Part shown: positions 24,227 to 37,788 of the stretch, one piece after another | How positions within the stretch are numbered: the first letter of the stretch is position 1 | Layout: every line of letters begins with the position of its first letter | Assembly (NCBI GenBank): GCA_030704615.1 | Contig: CM060734.1 | Location: forward strand, 2,046,001-2,109,736 | Length of the DNA stretch: 63,736 nt | Direction: 5' to 3' | From: Takakia lepidozioides | Lineage: Eukaryota > Plantae > Bryophyta | Notes under the pieces: model-generated | The model's database searches: none | The model's input: only the letters and a program-made list of their open reading frames with translations | Told to the model about the DNA's origin: nothing | Program-made: the position numbers and the translations under genes

Positions 24227-27200
24227 GTGTCTGTCACCCCTAAGGCCTCTGTTGGTCTAAGTATACCATCCGTAAGTCTGCAGGGTGTAGGGCCACAGAT
24301 GGCGGTATCTCCAACATGGGCAAAACCGCCTTTTCCAATATATGCAGGAAAAAAGGATCCTGATGTACACATCAGCCAATTTGAGCACATGTGTATTGTG
24401 AACAATGAGAATGGCGATGATGCCAAGATGAGACTGTTTCCTTGTTCACTTATCAAGAAAGCAAGTGAATGGTATGCAAGGTTTCCTAATAATCATTTCC
24501 TAACCTAGAATGGCCTTAGTACAGACAAGTTCAGGACAAGCAAAACTGAGGATGAAGAGTATGGGAGTTTACAACAGTTAAGGCAAAAGAAGCATGAAAC
24601 TGTTGAAGAATACATGGAGAAGATGGAGTTAATGATGAAAAAGCTGGCTGTTGTACCGGCACCAGGATTACAGAAGACTTGGTGTGCAAAATGCCAAAAT
24701 AAAGACCATACCACGGCTGAATGCCACATGAAGGAGAAACATTGTACTATCTGTAAAATGGATAACCATTCTACTGAGAATTGTTATTACAACAGAAGGA
24801 CAGCTGTGAGAGAACCTAGGCAAGTGAGGGTGCATCAAGTGAACCCCAGCCAAGAAGAAACAATGATCAGGACCACTATGGTAGGCCTGGTGGATATAAC
24901 AATGGTATGGCAGGGAGAGGTAATCCAAGAGGGAATTACCAAGGCAATCCCAGAGGCAACTATCAGGGTAATCCAAGGGGGAATTACCAGCCAGGGAATC
25001 AGGATTATAAAAATAATCCCAAAATAGACCAAGGGCGAGGACCCAATGGTGAAGAACTGTGTTACTATTGTAGCCAGGCAGGACATCGCAAAGCAGCCTG
25101 TACATTCTGGATCAGACACCAGAATGAGATGAGAGCTCCTGTGAATGAAGGCCCAGTAGTGGTAGCTCACATGGTTAGGCCATGTTTTGTACCAGAAGTA
25201 AGTACAATGATAGTTACCAGAAGCAAAGTTAAACTAATACCTCTAGTGGATGAGAAAGAAGATGTTAATGAAGATGGCAGTGATGTGCCTGAAGATGATG
25301 AGGCATGGAGAGATGAGAAGGAACTGCACAGGGAAGTGGCTGATACCATAAGGAAAATGCAACAGGTGCAGGATAATGAAGGGGCTTTGGCGGAAGTAAT
25401 ATGCCAAACCAAAGCTGAGATTACCATTGGACAGCTATTGGCTGTGGCACCCCATTGTAGACACAGGCTGTATCAAGCAATCAATCAGATTGCTCATGTG
25501 ACAGAGAACACAGACCTGAACATCAAGGTGACAAGTTATAATGTTAAGCCTGAAGGGCGAGAAATAGTCATGGACTTTGATGATTCTATGCCAGTAATCC
25601 AATTGAGAATTGGAAGCACAGACTTGACTGATGTGCTGATAGATGGAGGCTCAGGAGTGCATATTATGACAGACCAATTAAGGCAGAAGCTTGGTCTAAG
25701 TAACATGAAACCAACCCCATTCACAGTAACAATGGCAGATCAAAGGAGTGTACAACCATTATGCTTGATAAGAGGAGTAAAGATATAGATTCAGAAGATG
25801 ATCTTTAAGATCACAATGACTGTGTTGAAAATGGATGATGTCATGGAAGCTTACTCCTTATTGTTGGGTCAACCATGGCTGAAACGGGCCAGGGTATTCC
25901 ATGACTGGAATTTCCAGTTACTGACTGTGCATGATGAGAAGCACAAGATACAGGCCACCACTAAGAAATCTAGTAGGCTACTTGCTACCTGAAGACCTCG
26001 TGGAGTCAGAGAGTATGATTGGAGGGGAGGACTTGATGAGGAGCAGTAAGCTACCATGTTTGCTACATACCCAAAGTGGGAGCAAGTTGCAGAAATGCAA
26101 CTGGGAGGCCCGAGTTGCTTTAAAGGTATCTGCTGTGGTGTAGTAACATCAACACCAATTGAGGGGGAAACAAGTAGTTACCCACCACATTTCTATGAGG
26201 AAAGAGAGGGAGAAATAGAAATCCTAGAGGAACCAGCCACTGTGAGTTTACAGGGTGAAGTAGTGGCTGGATGGACAATCACAGCTGAGGAGCAGGTGAG
26301 AGAAGTGAATGTGGGAACTGAGGAAGAACCAAGAATGGTGAAAGTAGGGGCTGATTTGGAGCCAGAATTCTTTGAGGAAGCTAAGAGCCTATTTATCAAA
26401 TACAAAGATGTATTTGCTTGGAGCTATGAAGATCTGAAAGGGATATCACCTGAGATCTGCCAGCATAAGATTGAACTGGAACCAGGGTCAGTATCAATCA
26501 AACATGCAAGGTACAGGATGAATCCCAACTATGCACAGAAGATTGGGGAAGAGATCAAGAAGTTGGCTGAGGCTAAGTTCATATACCCGATAGAGTATAC
26601 AACTTGGCTATCACCTATTGTGATAGTTCCCAAGAAGAATGACAAATTGAGAGTTTGTGTGAACTATAAGAAATTGAATGATTGTACAAAGAAAGATCCA
26701 TTTCCTTTGCCATTCACAGAAGCTGTACTGGACACGGTGGCAGGCCATGAGATGTACTCATTCATGGATGGCTTCAGTGGGTATAACCAAGTGCAAGTAG
26801 CGGAAGAAGACCAGGGAAAGACAGCTTTCATCATAGACTGGGGTGCTCATGCATACAAAGTCATGTCTTTTGGACTTTGTAATGCACCAGCAACTTTCCA
26901 AAGAGTGATAAGTGAATCTTTCCATGAGTATTTGGATGATTTCATGCAAGTGTTCCTAGATGACTTCAGTGTGTACAGCTCTAAGAATGAGCACTTGCAG
27001 AAGTTGGAGTTATGTTTGGCCAGATGCAGGATTAGAGGTCTTGGTCTGAATCCAGAAAAATGTATTTTTTGTGTGAACTCAGGGGTACTTCTGGGGCACA
27101 TTGTGTGTAAGAAGGGACTGCTTGTGGATCCTGAAAAGACTGAGGCCATTAAAGCAACCCCACTACTAGTAAATGTTAAGGCTCTAAGGAGATTCCTTGG

Positions 27201-27447
27201 ACAAACCAGCTACTACAGAAGGTTTGTCAGACGGTATGCACAGATGGCAGCACCATTGAGCAAGCTTTTGAAGAAGGATGCAGTGTTTGCATGGACAGCT
27301 GAATGTCAATAGGCTTTTGAGGAACTTACATTGTCAGTAACAACTACACCTGTACTGATTAACCCTCACTGGCATGTGGTATTTCATGTACACTGTGATG
27401 CCTCAGGAGAAGCATTGGGGGCTGTGTTAGCCCAAAATGTCACAGGG
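24227..27447 (+). mobile_element. Ty3/gypsy gag-PR-RT-RNase H start
   Basis: KPPFPIYAGKKDPDVHI (gag), CCHC knuckles, NPRGNYQG repeats, VLIDGGSGV (protease), FMDGFSGYNQ and FLDDF (RT). Ends at DASGEALGAVLAQNVTG. Confidence 0.92.
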
Positions 27448-27583
27448 GTGACGTCGACCTGGAGAACCACCCAATCTGGATGAAGATCAAGAGCTGCACG
27501 AATCCCCTAAACCACTGTCTCGCAACCGCCTAGAGTGGCGACCCCGAACTAGTGCGGAAAGAGGTGTCCAAAGAAGACATCTC
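27448..27583 (-). mobile_element. Internal 136-bp RT segment of the CRE element, inverted in place
   Basis: Minus strand reads RDVFFGHLFPH*FGVATLGGCETVV*GIRAALDLHPDWVVLQVDV, the piece missing between SRSFCLQ and FNTVSR. Confidence 0.88.
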
Positions 27584-29695
27584 TTTCAACACTGTGTCAC
27601 GAGCGGCTATCTTTCAGGAGCTCCGTTCAGCCGGAGGAGATTTCCACCAGCTCATTCCGTTTGTTCGATTATTCTATGCATCCACCACTCCCCTATACTA
27701 CAGTCATCATTCTCGCCTAGGTGAGTGCTCCATCATTCAATCCGAGGTTGGGACCCGCCAAGGCGACCCTTTAGGAGGACCTTTGTTTGTCATGGCTCAT
27801 GTCCGCACCCTCACGGCTTCTGCACAAGTTCACTCATCTTGTCTTTTTCCGTCGGTGGCAGACGACACGTACATTGTAGGCCCTGCCTCACAGGTACTTT
27901 CAGCTTACTATCATTTTGTCACCCAACTCTCTACCGTGGGCCTTTCAGTGCAACCTCGCAAATGTGCGGTGTGGTCTCCGTCCGGTCTCCCTGCAGATTT
28001 TGTCCTCCCTGCTCACTTCATTGCTCCGCCCAATGGCATCAGAATCCTGGGAGTCCCTTTTGGCACCACCCAGTTCACAACGTCCTTTTTGGAAGATGCA
28101 TTCCACCAGGATGCCACCCATGCCGATCTCCTTCCTAGGCTCGGAGATGTATAGGTAGCATATGGAATCTTGACCAAATGTTTCCTTCAGCGTCCCTCAT
28201 ATCTCTTGCGCACTGTTTCACCCAGCCCAAATTTCTTACACCTCTTATCTGGGTTTGATACTACCATGATGACTATCTTCGGGAGATTGTTAGGACCAGG
28301 AGCTCTGGAGGGTGCTCAGGGACTTTTGCCACGACAGCAAGCCACATTGCCCGTCTCTTCCGGTGGTGTGGGTCTTTTGTCCACTGTCACTACCGCCCTG
28401 TCAGCTTTCCTCGGCAGTTGGACATTGGTGGCGCCAGCCCTCGCTTCACGATTTCTCTGTGACCATCGTCCCATCCTTATGGACGCCGTTGCACATGTCG
28501 ACAGTGGCATCTTAGCCTTTCAGCAGCATCTCCGCTCTGCACGAGATCTTCTTCCGGCACCGGTGCGAGCATGTCTACCACCATTTGAGCAGTTGGTTGC
28601 TCAAGGCCTCGACCATCTTCAGGAGTCCATTTCCGAGCGTGTGCACCGTCATTCTTTTTCCGGCATGCTCTCAAGTGCTTCTTCTGAGTTGCATCGAGCC
28701 CGACTTCTATCATGCGCAGGACCCGGAGCAGGGGCATGGTTGACAGCACGACCCACTATCGCACATTTTCGCCTCTCATCCCCTATTTTCACTACTGCGC
28801 TCCGCCTTCGACTCGGTTTGCCTCATCCTTCGGCATTGGGCCTTTAATGCTGCGTCTGTCTCCAGCCCATCGATGACCTTGTCATCCATCTCCTCCGCTG
28901 TCCATATGGTGGTGAGCGCACTGCGTCTCATGATATGGTTCGCGATGCGGTGGCATCTATTGCTTGGGAGGCAGAGTATCATGTACTGCGTGAGCAACCA
29001 CATCTACGACCCACGCTCACGTCCCACTCTACACGCCGCCGTGTTGACATCGTCCTATCTAGAGATGGTTTGCATACCTTAGCAGATGTCGTTCTCGCCG
29101 ACCGCACTCGAGCGGATCTGCTATCTCGCGCAGCTACCACACCAGGCACGACAGCCACTGTAGCAGCCCAGGCCAAGGAGCGCGACTACAATGATCGACA
29201 CCCCACCGACACATTTCTTCCATTGGCGGTCGAAATATTTGGCTCATTGCACCGGCACTTCGACGATTTCCTGCGGACATGTGCACATTATGCAGCCAAA
29301 AGCGGGTCCACTGGCATCCCACATGCCTCCGTCCTTGTCGCCTACTATCGACAACGTGTTTCAGTTGCTTTGCAGAGAGCACAAGCCATCTCTATTTTGC
29401 ATCGGGCTGATGTGGCTAGCTCCGCGTCATCTCGTCTTCCACCTCTGCCTCACACTTTGCCTATCTCCTTGCCTAATCTCCTCCAGGCTGTTGGCTGGGA
29501 GGGTCGCTCTGCTTGAGTAGTTTACTATAGCTTCTGTTTTCGTCGCTGGTTGAGTAGCTTACTATAGCTTTTTCTCTAGCTGAGTAGCTTACTATAGCTT
29601 TTTGTTTTCTTCTCTTGTTTCTTGTTCCTCCCCCCCCTTTTTGGGAACTTCACATCATATGCACGTTCACCCATTGTACATGTTGTAAATAAAGT
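27584..29695 (+). mobile_element. CRE-like non-LTR retrotransposon, 3' part (RT + CCHC + RLE, 3' UTR)
   Basis: FNTVSR, GTRQGDPLG, ADDTYI; HLLRC..GGERTASHDMVRD; RRVDIV..ADVV..AKERDY..FLPLAVEIFG. The 3' UTR has gagtagcttactatagct repeats and AATAAA. Confidence 0.85.
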
Positions 29696-29825
29696 CCTAC
29701 AGGGTTTCATCATCCCAAGTGCATTCATCCTTTAAGTACCCAAACCTCCCCTGGAATTGAAATATTCCGCCGATAGAGAACATGTAAGTGCAGAAGAACA
29801 GTCTCAAAAACGATACGTAAATCAC

Positions 29826-29969
29826 CTTTAGTCGGCCGCAATGGACACGCTGGATTCGCTTTATGTCGGGACAGCAATCCCCGCGACAATGCCAGCTCAC
29901 GACACCTCTTGCTCTCCTCCTTTGCACGAGGCCCTCCTTCTTGCTTGTGTGCAGGGACCCCTTCGCCAT
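29826..29969 (-). pseudogene. RHL1: RHL1 exon 1, stranded by inversion
   Basis: ATG 29969 MAKGS..(frameshift)EESKRCRELALSRGLLSRHKANPACPLRPTK resembles the plant RHL1 N-terminus. Phase-1 donor G|GT fits the acceptor AG|CC at 12670 (joins as Ala). Confidence 0.8.
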
Positions 29970-30452
29970 CGTCAATACTGATGGTGGAAAAGGGAAAGAA
30001 TTCCATAAACGAATAAAATGCCCTTTACATGATACGTTCATTAGGCTGTATCAGTGACATACCAATGGCATTGCGTTGGACGTGAACTCAGATTCTCATA
30101 TTCTTTGTATCCACAACTCCACCTCTCCGCTCCTTGATCCAGCCTCGCTCTCTGCGCGCAAACGAAGACTGATTTGTTAGGCGGATTGCAGGAAGGAGCG
30201 TTTCCATCTTCGAGAGGGGAAGCTAGATGTCAAAAAAACCGTAATCGTATTTTATATTTTATATATGTATATACTATACACCTCTACGATACCTCGGTAG
30301 GTAGGTGCGGTGTAGCTATAGGAGTAGGGACATAGGGGACAATTATTCGTATACGTTAGTAGTGTATGTGCGTATACGTACAAGGGTGCAGAAGGGTAAA
30401 AAGCAAAGTCTGTGGCTGCTGTTGCCTCAGCAGCCAACACGGTGAGGTCGCC
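29970..30452. promoter_or_regulatory. Probable bidirectional promoter between RHL1 exon 1 and PDF1A
   Basis: Divergent start codons about 480 bp apart; AT-rich TATA-like tract at ~30250-30280. Confidence 0.45.
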
Positions 30453-33376
30453 ATGCGAGCTCTCTGGGGCCACCAACCGCTTGTAGTAACCGTCGCTGTG
30501 GATCGCCCTTGCTGCGTACAAGCAGCTGTAAAGGAGCCTTATGCGAGCCTCTTGAGGCAGACTGGAGGCTGCAGGCGGCTAGGATCGAAGATGGACATGC
30601 CAATGTCTCATGTGCGGGACACGGCGCCGTTCCGCGGTGTCTGCCAGGCTCCCTCGCATTCTCGCGTGATAAGGGAGACTGCGGTCCCCATGTCCTTCTT
30701 TGGCTATGGCAAGGCCAAATTACCCGATATTGTGCAGGTCAAAAGTTATTTTTGTATCTGTTGCGAGTTGGTTGAATCGCAAGGGAATCTCTTAACCGGC
30801 AGGGTTAGGACGCGGATGACAACCTTTTCAGCTCTAAACAATTTTCACATTTCTTGGAAAATTCACATCAAAAGTGTTCCTAGCATTTAACATTCCGTCC
30901 ACCTCCCCTGGGAATGCCTGCCAGTTCTCAAAGGCACTCATTAATGACTTCCATCTAGTATCCATGAATTCTGGGCATAATTGGGTTTACAGTGTGCTAT
31001 TCAAAACGAAATGGATTCTTGCCCTCAAACTCTCCATCTCTGTGTCCTCTACTACTTCTTCCCAGAGGATTAAGCCTGACCAGAAATTACCCACATGTAA
31101 GCCGATGCATCAGATATACTCATGATTGATTACATCTGTTTTGTAAGGACCAAGTTTGTCTGTGATAAGTTTTCATTGCAATTGAGGGGAATCAAAAAGT
31201 GTAAGTTGGTAAGCAGCATCAGGCATTGCTTAGACTAGTTCTTTTACATGATTAGGACCATCTGCATCACTAGCCATGCAGCTTTTTAGAATGTAGTGAA
31301 AGGTAACGTAAGCAACACAATGTATTCATAAGAATTTCCATGCAGTAGCCTTGTGGCCATAGTCTCCCTTCTGGATTTGGAGGAAGAGGGGCAGCAGCAG
31401 CAGAACGGAAGGCTGCTCCATTTATTGGATTTACCTATGTTAATGAGAATGATTCTAGTTTTCAAGTTTACTTCATGAGAAAACTTGGGTCTGAATTCTG
31501 AGGTAGATAGTCTGCATCAAATCGTTGCTATGATAAGAGCTTTCGGCATTGTATTTTGGCATTCCCTCTTTTCATTGTGGCTAAAATTTGGAGAGAGGAG
31601 GCAAATTTTTAGTAATGTGAACTTCAGTTTAGTGCCATGGGAAGGCTTTTAGGTAGTCCTTGAGTTCCATCTGTTCATCATAGGCTGGGAAGAAATTCAC
31701 GGTAGACATTTACCAGAATCACACTTGTTCATTTCTAGCAGCAAATTCTTCCTTGGCCTCAGTATCCTCTGTGACTCCCCAAGTTATTTGAGAAGGGGTG
31801 GCTTGCAGACTATTCTGCCACAAACATGCTGGGTAGTCTCATATCAACAGTTATTGACTAGCAGGCAGGAGATCCAGTGCTCCATGAACCAGCTGATGAG
31901 GTGAAGAGGGAGGACATAGGTACTCCTCGCATTGAGAAGATAATCAATGATATGGTGGCATCGATGCGCAGTGCTCCTGGCGTGGGACTTGCTGCCCCCC
32001 AGATTGGCGTGCCCTTGCGGGTACATGTGATTTTCATCTCTCCATTTGGTAACGAGTGTTGATAAATTCATTTTGGTTTATGTATTTGTTTTTGGAAGGT
32101 TATGCAAATTTGAGTGTTGGATTTAATCAAAATGGACAAGGCACTGTGTCCCCCATAAATTGTAGCATAGCCTACTCAAAAGCTTAGTGAATTGAATGAT
32201 CATATTACTTCTTGAAAGATTGAAGAGGTTTGATTGCGAAACTGGGATCAATCTGTCTATTTATCATCACTTGGGACCAGTCACCACTGTGAACTCAGAG
32301 ACTACAACAGTAGTAATTTCAAGTCAAACCATCGGATGACTTTGTTAGCTGAAGTGCGCTCGCTGTCAGAATTGTTTTCCCCATGCTCAAGAAAAGGTGT
32401 TGACTATTATGTAAATGAATCCGATGCAGATTGTTTTGGGGAGGTGTGTAGATCATTGTGTTGGAGGATACCAAGGAGCTTATGGATTACGCATCAGCTG
32501 AGGAGTGTGAAGCCCAGCAACGCTCTCCTTTTGATGTCTTGGTAAGTTCCTGGTTATCTCTTTGGTTGTACTGGTAATCTATGTTGCCCACAGGTGCTAT
32601 GGAGGTAGAAACTGGTGCATGGCTCCAGTGAATTCCTCCTCCTGCTGTCCTTATGTTATTTCCCAATTAGTGACTTCTGTACATTCTTCAAGCAGGCCAT
32701 CTTCCCACGCGTTGTGGGATTGCGTTCAAAGATTGAGGTTATCCATCCAATGTGACTGCTTCTTCAACTTGGGATATGTGATGTGTATGATGTACAGGTC
32801 ATTATCAATCCAAAGCTGACAAAGAAATCAAACAGCGGAAGTACTATTTTCTTTGAGGGCTGCCTTAGGTGGGGTTCCTACTACTTCTACTTACAACAAG
32901 ACAATATCATTTGTCAGAATCTCAAGGTTTGTTGAAAGCACCATGGGCTGGAAATTGACAACACCAGTCTTGGTAGGGGTGGAAATGGTTCAAAGCACTG
33001 AAAAAAACGTCGTCTTATGAGTACGTTCTCTCTCTCTCATGAATCTCTACTGGCTATGTTTTTCTTTTTGGTCATGTTAACCTTGATGCTCATAGTACAA
33101 CCTGCTTGCTTGTGCAGTGTTAATGGATACCGGGCTCTTGTGGAGCGACACTTGGAGGTCGAAGTCTCGGGGCTTGGACGGGACGGTCGACCAATCTCAG
33201 TCCAGGCTAAAGGGTGGAAAGCCCGTATTCTGCAGCATGAGTGTGACCACTTGGCAGGCATTCTGTATGTGGACAAGATGGTGACCCGCACTTTCCGAAC
33301 AACACAGAATTTGAGACTTCCATTGCCAGCTGGTTGCCCTAGGCCAGGTGCCTGCTTGAGTCCTTCACAGGTATAG
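30453..33376 (+). CDS. PDF1A: Peptide deformylase 1A, organellar
   Basis: Exons 30453-30737, 31865-32020, 32452-32541, 32798-32868, 33118-33376. Motifs [15 protein letters not shown] and QHECDHL are intact. N-terminal transit-like extension; start codon inferred. Confidence 0.93.
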
Positions 33377-33849
33377 CAGCACTCAAGAATTTATCCAGTT
33401 TTTGGGCACCAGCTGCATCTGCATGCATCCTTGAGGTACGAAAGGGCCATTGTTCACAAAAGGACAACTCTTTTGATCCAGTATCAAGGGCTATGGTCGT
33501 ATTTTGGACCTGAACTCAAGATTAACCCATTCACACTGGAGAAGTCAACTGCCAATTCAATGGTATGGATGAACTGACATTTTTGGTCTTCAGAGTGTGG
33601 TTTGCAGGTATTTGATTTCTAGATCTTCACAGGAACGTAAGTAGTGTAGAGAATTGTGCAGTTGATGGAGGTAGTTGTCCATAACTTACATCTCCATTAG
33701 GGAGTCCGTGTGGAGAGTTAGTTGACAGGGTACATGTTTGAAACCTAAAATGTGTAGCAGCTTTCCTGTCGTGGATTTGACAATGCCATGATTGAAACCT
33801 AAAATGTGTTGCGATAGCCAATTAACTTAGGCAATAGCTGATAGATAGT

Positions 33850-34460
33850 TATTCTCATTACTCCCACTTATAGTCTAACAATTATTTCTTGGGACATTTT
33901 CTTCTTTGCTCAGCACCCCCGCTTGTTCTCAAAACTTAACGTGCTTTAGCTTCGATAAGCTTTTGGTAAGCATATCAGTAACTATATCTTCAGTGCTGCA
34001 ACTCTACTCTGATTATCACACCAAATCGGTGTTGGACTTGTTTGAGTTTGACCCACGTCCTTCATTATCTTCCGTAACCATATAGCCTCTTCGGAGGCTT
34101 GTGTAGAAGCCATATACTCCGCCTCGGTACTAGATAGTGCAATTACCTTTTGTCTTCTACTACTCCAGCTTATAGCTCCCGAGGGGAGAAGAGAACAATA
34201 GCCCGTAGTCGATCTCATGCTATCCATGTCTCCTGCCCGATCATTTAGTAAGCTTCTCTATAGTGTCCACAGGTGTGGAGGAAGGCTTACTTGACTCCAT
34301 GTGGAATTTCGTAAGTATATCGAGGATGTACTTAGTCTGATTTAGACGAATAGAATTCTTCGCTCAATTTCTGAATCCTAAGGCAATGTTATATTAGGGA
34401 TAAATCTATCATGTCAAATTCGGACGACAATTCTGCATTTACTTCTTGCATTAGAGCTAT
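33850..34460 (-). mobile_element. Ty1/copia RT/RNase H fragment
   Basis: RSTTGY..GAISWSSRRQKVIALSSTEAEYMA..IWCDNQS. Confidence 0.88.
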
Positions 34461-35209
34461 AGCACTAGAAAGAAAATGCGGAATAACCAATGGCCCATTT
34501 AACAAGGTTTACCATTTCATGAGCCAGAAACCATGAGCCCTGAGCCGCATGAGCGGTGAGTGGAAGTCTAAGACAATTGGTTTTCATGAGCGGAATTTTC
34601 AAAATTTGGAAATGCAGTAGAATTTTAAGAAAATAAAATATTAGCTTTTCATTATACATAATATATTTCAAATTTCCGGATTCTGAAATGCGAGGAATAT
34701 AAAGATGTGAGTATCATGGTTTCATATTTGTGCTCATGGAAAAGAATGTTGGTGCTGGGAAAGTTGGAGTACGCAACAGCAAGAAGGACACCACACTCTG
34801 ACAAAAATGAACATTTTGGGCGGTTTTACATGCCAAACATGCAAATGAAGGTCACCCATTTCTCCGGATTCTCTGAAATGTTGGACAATATCTGCAAAAT
34901 GCGGCGCCGCATTTCTTCCAGCACTGTCCTCTCCAGAGTTGGGCACGGAAGCTTCTTTGTTTGCAGAGCTATGACGCGCACGGGCGTGAGCCTGGTATGT
35001 GGTAAGATTGGCCTATGGAGTTGAGGTTTTCGAAGACAATGCACAACCCAAAGAAGTGCACAATCTGAACAGCTGACCAGCTCTAAGAATTATTTAAGAT
35101 TGAGTAGTTGAGAACACGAGTGACAGCTTGTCGGGAGTACAAGCTGCCCATGTCAGATAATTCATGAAGTCTGATTTTTAGATGAGTATGCTACAAGAGA
35201 AGCTGGGCT

Positions 35210-35640
35210 TGATGACTGTGGCTTTTCCGTAGTCATGGCACATCTGACTAAATGCATGACTACACAGTCGTGAATGCAGTTAGAAATGAATAAAATATTT
35301 CTTGTAGTCATGCACATGACTGCGTGACTGCTCCTTGGGGTCAACTGTAGTTGACCATGGTGACGTGGGATGGGACATATGACTAACAGTCGTGTGCATG
35401 TCTAAGATGTGATGACATATCATGGTACATATGACAAATAGTCGTGAGTGTGTCTAGGATATGATGACGTGTTTTATGTACATGTGTAATTCTTGTAAAG
35501 ATACCGTGTGTATTTATAGGATGCGATGACATGTCACGGTGCATACGACTAACAGTCGTGAGTACGTCTAAGATAGGATGAGGTGTCATATTCACATGTC
35601 TATGACTGGATGACATGTCATAGTCATGTATGCATAGGTC
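35210..35640. repeat. Degenerate ~60-bp tandem repeat with ATGACTA..AGTCGTG motifs (CACTA-like subterminal repeats)
   Basis: Motifs resemble those in the element at 887-1724. Confidence 0.55.
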
Positions 35641-35713
35641 GAAGAAGAAGGTGCCCTCACCACATTGTCCTTGACTTTGTGTCATGAACCATGGAGGATT
35701 TGATCGACCATCA

Positions 35714-35985
35714 ACCCAAAATGACCTCTTGTGTGTGTTGCCTCATGTCGGATTGGTCTGTGAGAACCACCACGGTACAGCTGAGCAGGCAGAGATTGAA
35801 ACACGGCCTGCTAAGACCAGGCTGACTCTCCCAAGAACCTTGTAAACTTCAGGAAAAATACCAAATCATGGTACTAACATGAGCCAAGAGCCTACCTTTG
35901 CAGGATGGACAAACTTATTCACATCGTACATTAAGAAAAAGCCACACCTTGCGATTGCGGTTGTCCCACCATCGTGAAGGATCTT
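35714..35985 (+). repeat. Inverted paralog of 37560-37836 (3' region of the second MTase gene)
   Basis: Reverse complement aligns over ~250 bp, e.g. ttggtctgtgagaaccaccacggt..aagaaaaagccacaccttgcgattgcggttgtc. Confidence 0.85.
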
Positions 35986-36623
35986 TAAAAAATTCATGTC
36001 AGCCCACATCACGTTCAGCCATCTTGTCAAACACTCTTTCTGCATCCTCAAGGCTCCTGCATTTAGCATACATATTGATGAGGGCAGTGAATGATATTTG
36101 GCACAATCCCAGCTTTCAGAGACCACAAGGGCTGTCTCAAACGGAGTCTGCTCCTTCTTTGTCTCCTGGAGTCAAAGTCCTTAGGTAATTTGATGTCTAA
36201 GCCAATCAAGCCTGGAAACAAGATAGAGACAAGTTTTTGCAAGAAGATCCACTTGTCAACAGATGCTCAAATCTCTGCTTGGGAAGGCCGGGGTGAGGTT
36301 GAGAAAGGGGAACTTGACAAAGGTAAAAGAGTACTTGTAAAAGGCCTGGAAGGCCCCCAAACAGCACTGAAGGTAACATCTATTTCCTTGTGTTTTTCAC
36401 AAAACTGGACTCAGGGCCGCAACAAGGCTACAGCACAGAGCAAACAATGCGTACGAATACATTATCTGTACCTGCTCTGCGAGGTTCCGTTACAACTGAC
36501 ACAGAGAAATGACGACGATAGCGTGGCTGATGACGACGATGTGGCATGACGACGATGACGTGTCTACGATGACATGGTGACGATGACGTGGCACTATGGC
36601 ACCCTATTCCTGCTCTACACTAA

Positions 36624-36790
36624 TAATAATATTTGACGCCTAAGGAAGCGTAAATTATGGTGTCTCTTCACCCGGAAGGGTTACTGCCTTCCACTAAGGT
36701 GAATATCTTTGTGACACCAAGGGTGGATTGAACCCACAACCACTTCCGAGGTGGTGTGTGCCCATTACCACTGGGCTACAACTTGGTAGT
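36624..36790 (-). mobile_element. tRNA-derived SINE
   Basis: Minus strand has A box TAGCCCAGTGG, B box GGTTCAATCC and an (ATT)n tail. 14-bp TSD ctgctctac(a/g)ctaa at 36610 and 36791. Confidence 0.88.
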
Positions 36791-37788
36791 CTGCTCTACG
36801 CTAAACTAGTCTCCGACCTTCAGTCGTCGCTAGAATATGTGCATATTTTATGTGTTTTGTGGCCCCAGCAAACTGGCCCGCACAGTGAGTCCGACGGCTA
36901 GGGGTGCTCCCACCCTTCACGACCCCCTGTGCTACACGTAGGCCTTACCGTAGGCACACGCTCACGCATTGAAGACGCTATTATCTTTCAGTGAGAAGCA
37001 TGAGAATCTAGAGTATACTGAAAATGGCTATTTATTGGGGAAGATATGATCTTGATAGATAGGTATGAACGTATGAACTTGGGAAGGTACATGAGGAGAA
37101 AACAATTGATGTGTGGTCTCTTCTTAGGGAGGAGCCAACAAACTACATTGCTTGAAATATTGACGCTCGTGAGACAGAATAAAATAAAAAATCTTTGGGA
37201 GTAAGAAAAATGGAAGACAATAGGTAAGAACTTAATGGACGCGTGTGATTTGATAGTACTTTCACCGGATTCCGGCAGCCTGGCCCCTCCCGCGGGCCCC
37301 CTATAAAATCCTCCCAGATATAGGGTGTCATAGTGCCACGTCATCGTCCACGTCATTGTCGCCACGTTTCGTTGCCACGTCATCGTCGCCAAAGTTTTTG
37401 GAATCTCCCTGGACTGCCCGAAAAACGCCAATAGAACTCCTCGCGCCAAGTTTTACGGAACTGCCCGAACTGCTCGGTTCTTGATCTTCTTGAACTGCAG
37501 GAGGGGTTTCACACGCCGATCGCAGATGGAGACATTTGTAGATTATGAGTACACTGCAGGAGCTCTCCCAGATGGTGTGACAACCGCAATCGCAAGGTGT
37601 GGCTTTTCTTAATGTACGATGTGAAAAAGCTTGTCTATCCTGCAAATGTGGGGCTCTTACTACCATGATTTGCTATTCTTCCTGATGTTTACAAGGTTCT
37701 TGGGAGATTCAGCTTGGTCTTAGCAGGCCGTGTTTCAATTTTTACCTGCTCAGCTGCACCGTGGTGGTTCTCACAGACCAATTCGACA

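Noticed and set aside
36700-36790. tRNA gene
   Set aside because: A/B boxes are present, but the tail and TSD indicate a SINE; no full cloverleaf seen.
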